NCBI GenBank assembly: GCA_964549685.1
Contig: CAZJVE010000004.1
Location: forward strand, 7,700 to 71,699
DNA from: an uncultured archaeon
GTDB lineage: Archaea; Altiarchaeota; Altiarchaeia; IMC4; QMZM01
Direction of reading: 5' to 3'
Length of the DNA stretch: 64,000 bases
The position numbers were made by a program, and so were the translations under genes. The notes beneath the pieces are model-generated. The model was given only the letters and a program-made list of their open reading frames with translations. It was not told where the DNA came from and ran no database searches. Within the stretch, counting starts at the first letter, position 1. The number at the start of each line of letters is the position of its first letter. Of this stretch, positions 37,317 to 48,189 are shown one piece after another.

Positions 37317-38804
37317 ATGGCGAGGAAAATAAAGGTATTCGACACGACGCTGAGGGACGGAGAACAAACTCCCGGAGTGGCACTGACCATAGACAACAAG
37401 ATTCAGATAGCCCAGGCCCTGGCCGAAATGGGAGTCGACATAATCGAGGCCGGCTTTCCCATGAACTCGGAGCTTGAATTTCAAGCTGTCAAGAAAATTG
37501 CAAAGGAAATCGACACGACGGTATGCGGGCTTGCAAGAGCGCTGCAGTCTGACATAGACTCGTGCATTAAAGCCGATGTAAATCTTGTCCATACATTCAT
37601 CTCAACCTCGCCGCAGCATCTGAAGTATCAGATGAACAAAAGTGAGGATGAAGTCTATGAAATGGCGGTAAAGGCAGTGGAATATGTCGTCGACCACGGC
37701 CTGCCGTGCCTTTTCTCTCCGATGGATGCAAGCAGAAGCGACCTCCCCTACCTGATAAGGGTATGCAAGGGCGTGGAAGAAGCAGGAGCGGAGGTAATAA
37801 ACGTTCCCGATACCGTGGGAGTGATGTATCCTTCCCAAATGAAGGAATTCATTGCGAAGATTCGCAAGGAAATCAAAATCGACCTGGACGTCCACTGCCA
37901 CAACGACTTCGGGATGGCGGTGGCCAACACCCTTGCAGCAGTCGAGGCGGGCTGTAACCAGGTTCAAGTCGCAGTAAACGGCCTCGGGGAGAGGGCAGGA
38001 AACGCGGACCTAGAGCAAGTCATTATGGCACTGGAGGTTCTCTACAAGACAAAGACCAACATAAAGACCGGGAACATATACCGGACGAGCAAGCTTGTTG
38101 AAAGGCTGACTGGCGTGAGAGTGATGCCCAACTTCCCGATAGTCGGGGAGAACGCATTTGCCCATGAGTCAGGAATTCATGTTCATGCAATCCTGAAGAA
38201 GGCCGAGACCTTTGAGCCCCTGAAGCCAGAGATGGTCGGCGCAAGGAGAAGGTTCGTCATTGGAAAGCACGTTGGAGTCCATGGTATAGACGCGAAGCTG
38301 AAGGAGATTAACCTGGAGGTCAACAAGGAGCAGCTGAAGGACATAACTCAGAAGGTCAAAGATTTGGGCAGCATGGGCAAGAAGGTATTCGAAGAGGACC
38401 TTGTTGCAATAGCGGAGGATGTCATAGGCAAGGTCCCGGACAAGGACGTCATAGTCGAGCTGAAGGACATGAAGCTGAGCGCAGAACTCGGAAAGGAGCC
38501 CGTAGCAACGGTGGTACTCAGTGTAAGGGGCAAGGAGAAGAAGGCCACCGAGGAGGGCGTAGGCCCTGTAGATGCAACCCTGAGCGCAATCAGAAGTGCA
38601 GTCGGCGAGAAGAACATAACTCTGGATGAATTCCACCTTGACGCAATCACGGGGGGTTCTGACGCCCTTGCTGATGTGACTATAAAGGTATCCGACGGAA
38701 AGAAGACGACCATGGCGAGAGGAGTCCATGAAGACGTGGTCATGGCCGCGGTCATAGCCTTCATAAACGGCCTGAACAGGATTCTGAGACTAGAATCTAA
38801 ATAG
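37317..38804 (+). CDS. 2-isopropylmalate synthase / (R)-citramalate synthase family enzyme
   Basis: IKVFDTTLRDGEQTPGVAL, HCHNDFGMAVANTLAAVEAG, and the C-terminal LeuA-dimer regulatory domain. LeuA and CimA cannot be distinguished by eye. Confidence 0.85.
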   Translation: MARKIKVFDTTLRDGEQTPGVALTIDNKIQIAQALAEMGVDIIEAGFPMNSELEFQAVKKIAKEIDTTVCGLARALQSDIDSCIKADVNLVHTFISTSPQHLKYQMNKSEDEVYEMAVKAVEYVVDHGLPCLFSPMDASRSDLPYLIRVCKGVEEAGAEVINVPDTVGVMYPSQMKEFIAKIRKEIKIDLDVHCHNDFGMAVANTLAAVEAGCNQVQVAVNGLGERAGNADLEQVIMALEVLYKTKTNIKTGNIYRTSKLVERLTGVRVMPNFPIVGENAFAHESGIHVHAILKKAETFEPLKPEMVGARRRFVIGKHVGVHGIDAKLKEINLEVNKEQLKDITQKVKDLGSMGKKVFEEDLVAIAEDVIGKVPDKDVIVELKDMKLSAELGKEPVATVVLSVRGKEKKATEEGVGPVDATLSAIRSAVGEKNITLDEFHLDAITGGSDALADVTIKVSDGKKTTMARGVHEDVVMAAVIAFINGLNRILRLESK

Positions 38805-38851
38805 TATATATAGTCCCCCGATTTATAACTTCTTATCTATATCGATAAGAG

Positions 38852-39934
38852 TTGGACACCAAAAATATACAAAAAGTTCTGCTGCTCTTCCTCCTTGTTT
38901 ATGTATTTCTTGTCAGCATAAAGCTGATGGGCGCATCCTTCCAGCTATTTGGCAAGGACTTCGCCGAATTTCTCATTGCAACCACCTCAGACCCGCTAAC
39001 CGGCCTGCTTATCGGCATTGCTGCAACCTCGATAATCCAGAGTTCCTCTACTACGACATCAATCGTCGTCGGGTTGGTTGCAGGGGGAGGCCTTCCACTG
39101 AGTGGTGCAATCCCCATCATAATGGGCGCCAACATCGGGACAACGGTAACCAACATAATCGTCTCCATGATGCACGTCACAAGAAAGCAAGAGTTCGAGA
39201 GGGCATTCTCCGGAGCGGTTGTCCACGACTTCTTCAATGTCTTTGCGGTAATACTCCTCTTCCCACTCGAGATGGCTACCCACATCCTGGAGAATTCCGC
39301 AACATTCCTTTCGAATGCATTTGTTGGGGTGGGCGGGATGACCTTTATGGGGCCGCTGGACTATCTTGTGAAGCCCGTTGTTGAATCCATAGAGGACCTG
39401 ACAGGCAGTTCACCCGATATAATGCTTGTCCTGTCTCTAATCATGCTATTCCTCGCCCTGAAGTTTATGGTCGATACATCCCGCTCCCTGATGATGACCA
39501 AGTTCGAGGTGCTGATTGACCAGTACCTCTTCAGGAATGCCTCCACGGCGTTCGTTCTTGGGATAATTCTCACTGCCCTGGTGCAAAGCAGTTCCGTAAC
39601 CACATCGATAATAATCCCTCTCGTAGGGGCCGGGCTTCTCACCGTCAGGAAGATATTCCCCTACACCCTCGGAGCAAACATAGGGACTACGATAACTGCC
39701 ATACTGGCTGCTCTTATCACCATGAACCCCATAGCCATCACGGTCGCCTTCAGCCACCTCCTCTTTAACATATTTGGAATAGTGCTAATCTATCCCCTTA
39801 GGGAGATACCCATACGACTCGCTATTGGTTTTGCAAAAATAGTAGCAAAGTCAAAGAAACACGCAATCCTCGTCTTGGCCATATACTTTTCACTTTTCGC
39901 TATCCCCTTGATTTTTATCCTTGCATTTAAATAA
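38852..39934 (+). CDS. Na+/phosphate symporter (Na_Pi_cotrans family)
   Basis: Duplicated motif: IQSSSTTTSIVVGLV...GANIGTTVTN and VQSSSVTTSIIIPLV...GANIGTTITA. Polytopic membrane protein with a TTG start. Confidence 0.8.
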   Translation: MDTKNIQKVLLLFLLVYVFLVSIKLMGASFQLFGKDFAEFLIATTSDPLTGLLIGIAATSIIQSSSTTTSIVVGLVAGGGLPLSGAIPIIMGANIGTTVTNIIVSMMHVTRKQEFERAFSGAVVHDFFNVFAVILLFPLEMATHILENSATFLSNAFVGVGGMTFMGPLDYLVKPVVESIEDLTGSSPDIMLVLSLIMLFLALKFMVDTSRSLMMTKFEVLIDQYLFRNASTAFVLGIILTALVQSSSVTTSIIIPLVGAGLLTVRKIFPYTLGANIGTTITAILAALITMNPIAITVAFSHLLFNIFGIVLIYPLREIPIRLAIGFAKIVAKSKKHAILVLAIYFSLFAIPLIFILAFK

Positions 39935-39952
39935 ATATGTTGCGTGGTGTAA

Positions 39953-40618
39953 ATGTTTAACGATATATTTGGCATGTGGAAGAAGCAGGGCCTTATGAGC
40001 CAGGCACTCAAGAACCTGGAGGAGATGTTCAAAGACAGCCGCTGTATGTTTGAGAAGTCAACAAAGGCACTCTTCAATAACGATAAGATAGACGTTGACA
40101 TATACAAGGCAGACAAGAACCTGAACAAGCTGGAGATGGAGACGAGAAGAAAGATACTCGAGCATCTGTCAATAAACCCGCAGCAGGACATAATCGCATC
40201 ATTTATCTTTGTCGATGTTGTCAGAGACTTAGAACGGATAGGGGACGTCTCCAAGGCAATAATGAAACTGAACGAGGACTACCCCAAGAAGTTTGAGCCG
40301 GGCGAATACACGGACGTTATCACATCCTCCAAGGAGAGGATAGACACCATGTTCGACCTGACTCCAAAGGCCTTTATGGAGGCCGACAGGGATTCTGCCG
40401 GCAAGGTGGAAACAATCTATGAAGACGAGGTAAGGGTAAAGCTTGACAAGCTGGTCAGGAAGATAATGGACGACAAGGAAATAGATGTAAAGAAGGCCAT
40501 AGCATATACTCTGGCGGCAAGGTATCTCAGGAGGATAAGCGGCCATCTCGCTAACATAAGCAGCACCGTCGTGAGCCCGTTTGACAGGGTAAGGCACGAC
40601 AAGGTGGATATAGATTAA
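39953..40618 (+). CDS. phoU: PhoU-domain phosphate-uptake regulator
   Basis: [13 protein letters not shown] and [15 protein letters not shown] are PhoU repeat signatures. The gene is adjacent to the Na/Pi symporter. Confidence 0.7.
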   Translation: MFNDIFGMWKKQGLMSQALKNLEEMFKDSRCMFEKSTKALFNNDKIDVDIYKADKNLNKLEMETRRKILEHLSINPQQDIIASFIFVDVVRDLERIGDVSKAIMKLNEDYPKKFEPGEYTDVITSSKERIDTMFDLTPKAFMEADRDSAGKVETIYEDEVRVKLDKLVRKIMDDKEIDVKKAIAYTLAARYLRRISGHLANISSTVVSPFDRVRHDKVDID

Positions 40619-40620
40619 AG

Positions 40621-42264
40621 ATGAGGTCCGACAGAATCAAAAAAGGACTGGGGAGGGCCCCTCACAGGGCGCTACTCTATGCAACGGGAATCTCGAAGGA
40701 ACAGATGGACAAGCCGTTCATCGGAGTTGCGACATCCTTCAGCGACGTCGTCCCGGGGCACATAGAAATGCGAACCCAGGAGAGATTCATCGAGAAGGGA
40801 GTCCATTCCGGAGGGGGCCACTCGTTCTTCTTCGGCGTTCCAGGAATCTGTGACGGGATTGCAATGGGTCATGAGGGAATGAATTATTCTCTCCCTTCCA
40901 GGGAACTGATTGCAGACATCATAGAGTCAATGGCCATGGCCCACGCCTTCGACGGCCTTGTTCTATTGACAAACTGCGATAAAATCACTCCGGGTATGCT
41001 GATGGGTGCTGCAAGGACCGACATCCCCTCGATAGTCGTTACGGCCGGCCCCATGCTATCCGGTAGATACAAGGGAAGAAAACTCTCGTTAGTCAGGGAC
41101 ACATTCGAAGCGCTTGCAAAGTGCCAGGCCGGAGAGCTTCCGGAGGAGGAGGTCCATGCCATGGAAGAGTGCGCATGCCCCGGCGTTGGCTCCTGCCAGG
41201 GCCTCTACACCGCCAATACAATGGCCTGTGTTACCGAAGCACTGGGAATGTCCCTGGAGGGCTGTGGAACGGCCCTCGCAGTATCAGCCAAGAAGAGGAG
41301 AATCGCATTCAATTCCGGCACGAGAATTGTCTCATTAGTCAAGGAAAATATCACTCCAAGAAAGATTCTGACAAAGAACGCCTTCGAGAACGCCATAAGA
41401 GTAGACATGGCCATGGGCGGCTCTACAAATACGGCATTACATATCCCTGCCATCGCCAATGACGCTGGCATTAAAATCGAGCTGGACCTGTTCGACAAAA
41501 TCAGCAGGGAGACCCCGCACATAACCAACATAAGGCCGGGCGGTGAATTCTTTATGGAAGATGTTGAATTCGCGGGAGGAATCCCCGCTGTTCTGAATAT
41601 CATCAAGGACATGCTGAAGGACAACCCAACCGTCACTGGAAAGGCGATAAAGAAGATTGCTTCCGATGCCGAGGTATCTGACTCAGAGGTCCTGAGGCCC
41701 CTGGACAACCCGTTCCACAAGGAGGGAGGCATCGCGGTCCTGAAGGGAAGCCTTGCCCCCAACGGCTCCGTAATAAAGCAGAGCGCGGTAAACCCGGACA
41801 TGCTCAGGCACGAGGGCCCGGCAAGGGTCTTCGACTCAGAAGATGATGCAATAAAGGCAATCTTCGGCAAGAAGATTAATGAAGGGGACGTAGTCATCAT
41901 CCGCTACGAGGGCCCAAAGGGCGGCCCCGGCATGAGGGAGATGCTCTCTCCCACATCAGCAATCTCAGGTATGGGCTACAAGAAGGTCGCGCTCATCACT
42001 GACGGCAGGTTCTCAGGAGGAACAAGGGGACCGTGCATCGGCCACGTTTCTCCAGAGGCAATGGAGGGCGGCCCTATGGCCATAGTGAAGGAAGGAGATG
42101 CGATAGAAATCGACATCCCCGGCAGGAAGCTGAACCTCAAGCTCTCGGACAAGGAAATAAAGGAAAGGCTCAAGAACTGGAAAAAGCCCAAGAAGAAACT
42201 AACCGGGCTCCTTGCCCGCTATTCTAAGCTTGTCAGTTCTGCAGACAGGGGCGCAGTATTCTAA
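40621..42264 (+). CDS. ilvD: Dihydroxy-acid dehydratase
   Basis: [16 protein letters not shown]...[28 protein letters not shown] and [11 protein letters not shown]; 547 aa. Confidence 0.9.
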   Translation: MRSDRIKKGLGRAPHRALLYATGISKEQMDKPFIGVATSFSDVVPGHIEMRTQERFIEKGVHSGGGHSFFFGVPGICDGIAMGHEGMNYSLPSRELIADIIESMAMAHAFDGLVLLTNCDKITPGMLMGAARTDIPSIVVTAGPMLSGRYKGRKLSLVRDTFEALAKCQAGELPEEEVHAMEECACPGVGSCQGLYTANTMACVTEALGMSLEGCGTALAVSAKKRRIAFNSGTRIVSLVKENITPRKILTKNAFENAIRVDMAMGGSTNTALHIPAIANDAGIKIELDLFDKISRETPHITNIRPGGEFFMEDVEFAGGIPAVLNIIKDMLKDNPTVTGKAIKKIASDAEVSDSEVLRPLDNPFHKEGGIAVLKGSLAPNGSVIKQSAVNPDMLRHEGPARVFDSEDDAIKAIFGKKINEGDVVIIRYEGPKGGPGMREMLSPTSAISGMGYKKVALITDGRFSGGTRGPCIGHVSPEAMEGGPMAIVKEGDAIEIDIPGRKLNLKLSDKEIKERLKNWKKPKKKLTGLLARYSKLVSSADRGAVF

Positions 42265-43118
42265 TCTTCTATAATCTCTACCCTCTTCATCGCACCGGCA
42301 ACGACCTCATTGTCATAGATGATTCCATCGAATTCTCCGCTGTAAAGCAGCTTGGCATTTATCCCGTAAAGTCCGGCGTCGATGGTGAGGTTGTCCTCTA
42401 GAGCAGGTATCATATACTCATAATCGAATGAACTCTCCCCGGCCGGGATTTTCACTCTCTGGGAGTTGTCAATCCTGTCACAGCCGGAGCGAATCCCTTC
42501 AACCTTCAGCGTTGCCATTCCGATGTCCCTTTCACTGCCGACCCTGACGAGAACCTTCACCGTTTCCTCAAGTTTATATTCCTCCTTTTCAGTCTCCACC
42601 GAGATGTTCAGTGTGTCCTCCAGCTCGGGTAGCCTTCTTCTCTCCAGTTCGAACTCGTTGGAGTAGTATGTCTCATTCCTCTCGCAGCCGGATACCTCGC
42701 TGTCAGGGCAGCCGAAATACAGGTCGAACCTCTCTCTGTATGTCCCCGGGTCCAGGTAGTTGTTTGCCGACCGCCTCGTCTCAAGGGAGAATTCCTTGCT
42801 CTCGCCGGGAGCCAGGCTGTGGGTAATCTTGTTTTTCTTGCACCTCTTTTCCGATGATGGCCCCCATTTGTTCCAGACCTCCTTTTCGAGAACAAGGTAA
42901 TCGCAGGATGCAAAATGAGCATCCCTATCGAGGCCGTTCTTGACGGTTATGGTGATGGTCTCAGCCTGAACATACTCTTCTTTATCAGTCTTTATCGTAA
43001 GCTCCCCTGCCTGGGGAACGGTCGTTTCCGTCCCTTCCTGTTTCAATCCCTGTTCCGCTTCCTGATGGACACAGCCAGCGAAGAGCAGAAGCACAACCAA
43101 AAACATAATTCCTTTCAT
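42261..43118 (-). CDS. Hypothetical lipoprotein
   Basis: [16 protein letters not shown] lipobox-like signal. ATGA overlap with the upstream lplA-like gene. Confidence 0.6.
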   Translation of the reverse strand: MKGIMFLVVLLLFAGCVHQEAEQGLKQEGTETTVPQAGELTIKTDKEEYVQAETITITVKNGLDRDAHFASCDYLVLEKEVWNKWGPSSEKRCKKNKITHSLAPGESKEFSLETRRSANNYLDPGTYRERFDLYFGCPDSEVSGCERNETYYSNEFELERRRLPELEDTLNISVETEKEEYKLEETVKVLVRVGSERDIGMATLKVEGIRSGCDRIDNSQRVKIPAGESSFDYEYMIPALEDNLTIDAGLYGINAKLLYSGEFDGIIYDNEVVAGAMKRVEIIED

Positions 43119-44170
43119 TTTTTGAATTCCTCAACGGCTCCGAGAATTGCTTCAATGAAATCATCTGCCGTTGCGCCAATTAATTGCACGTCGTTCTCGG
43201 AGAAATAATCATTGACCGTCTGCTCAATAGCAGCCCTCTCGGATTCAACTCCTGAAAGGGCCTTCTCAAGCCCCGTAAAGTCTATGTCGTTTACCTGCAT
43301 GAAGTCCCCCGTAATTCCAATGGCCCTTATGCTGTCCCCCTCAAGATAGGCGGCAACCCTTATGATGCCCTTTTCGGCGGGATGTATGTAACTGACATTG
43401 GAAACGCTGCAGTGCCCTGGCCTGAATATGAATTTCAGGTCTCTGAACTGCCCTATTTTCTCCTCCCATATCTTTCTCTCCTCGTCATTGAGCGGCTTCT
43501 TCTCCAGTTTCAGGCCGAGGGATTCTTCGAATCCCTGCAATAGATACTGCCTTAATTCGGCGGGCGGAATCTTCCTGCCCAATTCAGCAGTCAGTGTGGT
43601 GATTCTCTTTTGCGCCGAGGGGACGCCCTTCTTCTCCAGCTTATGGGCCGGAATCTTCGCAATCTGCTTGTAGGTCTCAAAATCCAGGTCCCAGATGACG
43701 CTGCCGTAGACAAGGACGGCATCGCTCTTGCTCATGGCCGTCATCCCTCCAATTTTCTTATCGTCTATATTTATGTCATTAACTGGGGTGAAATTAGCGT
43801 TCAGGCCGAGCTTTTTCAGCCCGATTACCACTCCTTCGGAAAATCTTTTGAAGTTCTCCATCATATCGCTCGAGGCATCTTCCCTGCTGACGCAGACGCC
43901 CCAGGCAGTATTTCCCGGGACCATGAATCCCGCCCCGCCCCCGGTCTCTCTCCTCTCCAGCTTTATACCCAGGCGATTACAGGCATCCAGGTCACATTCC
44001 TCCTCAGCGCACTGGTTCCTGCCGAGAGAGAGAACATTACTTGGACACTCTTCAAGAAAAACGGTATTCGGACTGACTCCCTTATTCATCCCGTCAAGAA
44101 GGGTCGAGTGGATGGCATTGCACTTGAACACCTCGTCCTCCCTTACCTCAAGATAACGCCACAACATCAT
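43115..44170 (-). CDS. lplA: Lipoate-protein ligase A family protein
   Basis: RRETGGGAGF and the size and layout of the BPL/LPL catalytic domain plus a C-terminal accessory domain. Confidence 0.65.
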   Translation of the reverse strand: MMLWRYLEVREDEVFKCNAIHSTLLDGMNKGVSPNTVFLEECPSNVLSLGRNQCAEEECDLDACNRLGIKLERRETGGGAGFMVPGNTAWGVCVSREDASSDMMENFKRFSEGVVIGLKKLGLNANFTPVNDINIDDKKIGGMTAMSKSDAVLVYGSVIWDLDFETYKQIAKIPAHKLEKKGVPSAQKRITTLTAELGRKIPPAELRQYLLQGFEESLGLKLEKKPLNDEERKIWEEKIGQFRDLKFIFRPGHCSVSNVSYIHPAEKGIIRVAAYLEGDSIRAIGITGDFMQVNDIDFTGLEKALSGVESERAAIEQTVNDYFSENDVQLIGATADDFIEAILGAVEEFKK

Positions 44171-44215
44171 GAATCTTAAATTATAGCTATTACAGAAATA
44201 AAAACAGTCAGCGGA

Positions 44216-46180
44216 TTATTCCTCTTCCCCTTCAGGAATCTCTTTGGCCTCTTTTTTTGCCTCCTGAATGACACTCTTGATTTCCTCCTCCATGCTCTCC
44301 CCGGCATCCGGCTTCTCTACGGGTTCCTTTTCCTTGACCGCGGCCTTCTCCCCTGCCGGCAGAGTTTCCCCCTTCACAATCTCTCTCTCCCTCTCGACCA
44401 TGCCCTCACGGCCCCTTCGCGTGTCCTCAAATTCCTGCCTTGCAGTCTCTTTTTCTCTAATCTCCTCTTCGACCCGGTGTCTCTCCTCTATCTCCCTCTT
44501 CTCCTTCTCGGAGCGCCACTTCATAATCACAAATATTATCATAATTATGACTACCACGGCTATACCTACGTTGAATATGTCGCTCAACCTCTCCGTCTCC
44601 CCCAACATCTTTTTATTCGAGGAAATCAAATCCTCCGACTTCGAGATTCCGCTGGAATGGTTAATCTCCTTGTAAAGACCGTTTGCCCTTATCGAATAAT
44701 CCTTGGAAACCTCGTAGTTGTTAAGCTCGAAGTACCTCTGGGCTTCAGCATAATAGTTGTTCGCCTCCACCTCCTTTACAATCCCCGCCTGGATGGATGA
44801 ATTCAGCTCCTGCAATTTTTTGTATTCACTGTAACAGCACATACTCTCTTCATCACATTCCATCCCCCTAAGGGTGTCGCTTCCGTTCTTCACATCCGCG
44901 GTTGCCAGCCCATAATCTGCCGACCTGTAGTATCCCTCTGCTGATATGTATCTCAGATTCACATCGTCCATATACCTCAGGCTCTCCTCTATCTTCTCCT
45001 TCAGGACTATACACTTCGACATACCTGCAGAGTAATCTATGGAATCAAAGAGCCCATAGGCATTTTCAACCCTCTCGCTGGCATTCTCGAAGCATCCGGA
45101 GCCGAAGAGGACATAGGCCCTGTCATAATGGTATTCCGCGTCATCCTTGACACTCATCTTCCCCCAGTCCACCCTTATTCTGTCCTGGAGATCCTCGACC
45201 ACGCCAACCTTATCTGAATAGGCCTTCATCTTGACACTGTCATCTGTGCTCCTTGCCAGGTCGAAGAACGTCTGGTATATGTCGTGCGCCATTGCGGCAG
45301 TAGTATTCGCATTAGCATAATCCCCCGTCAGGTAGTAGGTCCTTGCTTCCCTGTAATATCCTTCTGCCTTTTTGTTCTGCTCCGTCTCGTAGATTGACAT
45401 CTCGCTATAGATGACGTCCACCAGTTCCTGGGCCTTTGCAGCCCCCACCTCATCATCTATCTTCAGGTAAAGCCTCTTCGCTTCCCCGACATATTCCAAA
45501 GCAGTGTTATAGTTCCCGTAACCCCCCATCCCGTAATACTCCTGCGCCCTGCCGTAGTTTATGTTCGCCATCTCCTCTATCTCGGTTATCTTCTCATCAA
45601 CAGTGCTCAGGAAATTTGTGCATTTTTCAACTCCTACGGTGTCGCTTATCTCCGCATATACTTCAGAGGCGTTCTCGGCATACTCTCTTGCGGTTATGTA
45701 ATTCTCTGATATGAAGAAATCCTCCGCCTGATAGTACAGGCTGTCAGCATATGCCTTTCTACTCGCTTCCACCTTCTCATTAATCTTTGCAATAAGCACG
45801 TCACAGTTGTCGATTCCCTGCTGATAGGGGATTAGGGAATACAGTTCCCTTGACCTGCTCACAAAGTCGGTCGCATCCGCATAATTGCCCTGGTTGTAAT
45901 ATTCGAAAGCCTGATAGTAGTAATTGTAGGCCTGGTTCCTAAGACACGTGTTAATCTCGATAATCAACGCAGCTGCGTTGTCCTTACCTTCAGTGTAATG
46001 TGCCCTGTCATAGTAATTCAGGGCAAGCTCTGCAAGTGGGCTGGCGTTCTTGCAGTTGGTATTATCATACTCGTCAAGGGCCTGCTGATAATACATGTCG
46101 GCCAACTCCCTGTCGGAAATGGCATTTACTGTCCCGATTATCAGAATCAAGGCCAGCGCGGTGATGAGTTTAGCTTTCAT
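44216..46180 (-). CDS. Secreted TPR-like, Cys-containing repeat protein with a TM anchor and an acidic/basic cytoplasmic tail (paralog family member 1)
   Basis: Signal peptide LITALALILIIGTVNA. About 8 repeats of A..YY..A..YY..G.Y..A...A..A..LY..I.....G...C..L. TM segment IAVVVIIMIIFVIMKW, then an E/K/R-rich tail. Confidence 0.75.
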   Translation of the reverse strand: MKAKLITALALILIIGTVNAISDRELADMYYQQALDEYDNTNCKNASPLAELALNYYDRAHYTEGKDNAAALIIEINTCLRNQAYNYYYQAFEYYNQGNYADATDFVSRSRELYSLIPYQQGIDNCDVLIAKINEKVEASRKAYADSLYYQAEDFFISENYITAREYAENASEVYAEISDTVGVEKCTNFLSTVDEKITEIEEMANINYGRAQEYYGMGGYGNYNTALEYVGEAKRLYLKIDDEVGAAKAQELVDVIYSEMSIYETEQNKKAEGYYREARTYYLTGDYANANTTAAMAHDIYQTFFDLARSTDDSVKMKAYSDKVGVVEDLQDRIRVDWGKMSVKDDAEYHYDRAYVLFGSGCFENASERVENAYGLFDSIDYSAGMSKCIVLKEKIEESLRYMDDVNLRYISAEGYYRSADYGLATADVKNGSDTLRGMECDEESMCCYSEYKKLQELNSSIQAGIVKEVEANNYYAEAQRYFELNNYEVSKDYSIRANGLYKEINHSSGISKSEDLISSNKKMLGETERLSDIFNVGIAVVVIIMIIFVIMKWRSEKEKREIEERHRVEEEIREKETARQEFEDTRRGREGMVEREREIVKGETLPAGEKAAVKEKEPVEKPDAGESMEEEIKSVIQEAKKEAKEIPEGEEE

Positions 46181-48164
46181 TATTTATTTCTTCACTATCC
46201 TCTTTTGTTATCTTTTCAATCTCCTCCTCTATTTCTTTACTAATCCCCTCATCTATTTCCCCACCCTTATCCTCTATCTCTGCACTCTCCTCCTTTATTC
46301 CTACACTCTCCTCCTTTACTCCTTCAATCCCTCCCTCCTTTATTCCTTCACCCTCTATCTCTTTACTCTCCTCCTCCTTTACCTCTTCCTTCTCCGTTCC
46401 TTTACTCCCCTCCGTCTTTGTTCCTTTACTCCCTTCCTTTCCCTTTTCTTCACCCCCCTTCTTCGTCTGCTTCACCCCTCTCTTCCTAATAAATATTATC
46501 GCGAGCACTATTATTAATACTGCCGCCATACCTGGAAGCTTGCCTGCGATATCCCCCAGGGCATTGTCCTCGACAGGAATTGTTGTCGGAATCGTCGTGG
46601 GAATCGTCGTTTCCAGCTGAACCGAAGTCGTTGACTCGGGGAGAGAAGTGCTCGTCGTAATCGTGGCCTCCTTTATCCTTCTCGATAACGTATTGCACTT
46701 TGCAATGCCCTCGCCGTCCCTCAATCCTATATACTCCCTTGTCGCGTTCATAATGTAAATACTGGCATTTTCATAGAGGGAGTTGTTGTAGTAATACTCT
46801 GCAAGTTGATAATAGCTCTCGGCAAGCGCTTTCTTCTCATCCCTAACACCTGCTGCAATCTTGGCGATAATTATCGAACACTTGAGCATATTCTCGTTAT
46901 CACCCAATTCCACATATGCTGCCTTTGCCATATTGATATACCGGCTGGAATTGTCATAGTCCTTGATTGTGAAATATCCCTCTGCAATCCTGTAGTACTC
47001 GTCCGCATTATCTCTCTTGACCTGAGTCCAGTTTATGTTGAAGACATAAATTCCATCCGCCGAGGCTATTACGAACTCCTTTTCACCATCGTTTTCGAAG
47101 TCATCGATGACTACGTCGTTTATACTGTATTCAAGGCCGGGGTCATAGATGTGCTCCAGTTCCCCGTCCCTGCTAATCGCATGCAAATGGCTGTCGCTGA
47201 GAAGCAGAATGCTGTCGTTCACCATACCCTCCGCTATTATGCCCCAGATATACTCCCCCGCATCATACTCCCAGATTGCTTCATTGTTTACATCGCGGGC
47301 ATAGGCAACATTCCCCGAGATAAGAAGAATCTCATCGTAATCATCGTCATCAAGATTCAGGGGAATTGCATCGAAATCCCCCTCAGTTATGTTGATTTCC
47401 ACCTCCAGCTCCCCCTCGGTGTTCAGGACGTATATGCTGTCCTCCAGGGAAACGACGAATATCTCCTCACCGGCCCTCGGATAGAAATCGGCGAGATATA
47501 TGCTGCTGACCCCATTGGACAGGCTGTAGTTCCACTCAACAGAGCCCTCAAAGTCCATGATATATATCGAATAGTCGGAATTTGCCAGGATCCATCCCCT
47601 CAGTTCAGTCGACATCGACTCTATGCTGTCGTTGAGAGAATTGTACCAGAGGTATTCATTATAGTTATCAGCAAGTGTTGCCACCCCCTGTCTCGTTCCA
47701 CCCAGTATCTCTTTGTAGCCGTTATCGTCCATGTCAACGGCTTTGATTTCACGCATTATCTTGTTTGATTTAACCTTGCCGGAGGGGAACACCCACCTCA
47801 GCTTGCCGCTGTTCTCAAATATCCATATATTGCCCCTGGCAATGTTCTCGATGCTCTTACCGGAGCTTATGACAATCTCTTTCTTGTTGTCCCACTCAAG
47901 GTCTGATATGCAGATGGATACGAGATTGTTTATGTCATTTTTCCATAAAAGCCCGCCGTCATTTCCGATGACGTAGACTGTATCGCCGCTCACAACAACG
48001 AGCTCACTGACACCGTCGGGGCCCAGGTCCTCGACGTTGATATACCTGCCCTTGCCTCCGATGGCATAATCCCATCTCAGGTCCATGTTTTCTGCTTGAA
48101 CAACATTGAGCAGCATAGAAGCCAGTGCGAGCAGAAGCAATATTTTTTTGGACATCTTATTCAT
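46170..48164 (-). CDS. Secreted FG-GAP/beta-propeller-like plus TPR-like Cys-repeat protein with a TM anchor and E/K/G-rich tail (paralog family member 2)
   Basis: The ORF-track start at 48230 would overlap the upstream galT. The ATG at 48164 (MNKMSKKILLLLALASMLLNVVQA) gives a proper signal peptide. D.D.DG..E-type loops are present (VEDLGPDGVSELVVV, AVDMDDNGYKEILGG, IDDFENDGEKEFVIAS). Two Cys-repeats, a TM segment and a tail follow. Confidence 0.75.
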   Translation of the reverse strand: MNKMSKKILLLLALASMLLNVVQAENMDLRWDYAIGGKGRYINVEDLGPDGVSELVVVSGDTVYVIGNDGGLLWKNDINNLVSICISDLEWDNKKEIVISSGKSIENIARGNIWIFENSGKLRWVFPSGKVKSNKIMREIKAVDMDDNGYKEILGGTRQGVATLADNYNEYLWYNSLNDSIESMSTELRGWILANSDYSIYIMDFEGSVEWNYSLSNGVSSIYLADFYPRAGEEIFVVSLEDSIYVLNTEGELEVEINITEGDFDAIPLNLDDDDYDEILLISGNVAYARDVNNEAIWEYDAGEYIWGIIAEGMVNDSILLLSDSHLHAISRDGELEHIYDPGLEYSINDVVIDDFENDGEKEFVIASADGIYVFNINWTQVKRDNADEYYRIAEGYFTIKDYDNSSRYINMAKAAYVELGDNENMLKCSIIIAKIAAGVRDEKKALAESYYQLAEYYYNNSLYENASIYIMNATREYIGLRDGEGIAKCNTLSRRIKEATITTSTSLPESTTSVQLETTIPTTIPTTIPVEDNALGDIAGKLPGMAAVLIIVLAIIFIRKRGVKQTKKGGEEKGKEGSKGTKTEGSKGTEKEEVKEEESKEIEGEGIKEGGIEGVKEESVGIKEESAEIEDKGGEIDEGISKEIEEEIEKITKEDSEEINNES

Positions 48165-48189
48165 AATTTCGAAGGCGGCGATAAATACT

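Noticed and set aside
41205-41900. 231-aa minus-strand ORF inside ilvD, and similar antisense ORFs inside lplA (43610-44179, 43728-44156), leuA/cimA (38169-38764) and the DHQS-II region (34709-35227)
   Set aside because: The sense strands encode unmistakable conserved enzymes. The antisense products are compositionally skewed and show no motifs.
46806-47768. 320-aa plus-strand ORF opposite the FG-GAP paralog gene
   Set aside because: The minus-strand ORF has a signal peptide, recognisable repeats and paralogs elsewhere in the window. The plus-strand product has no features and no independent start signals.
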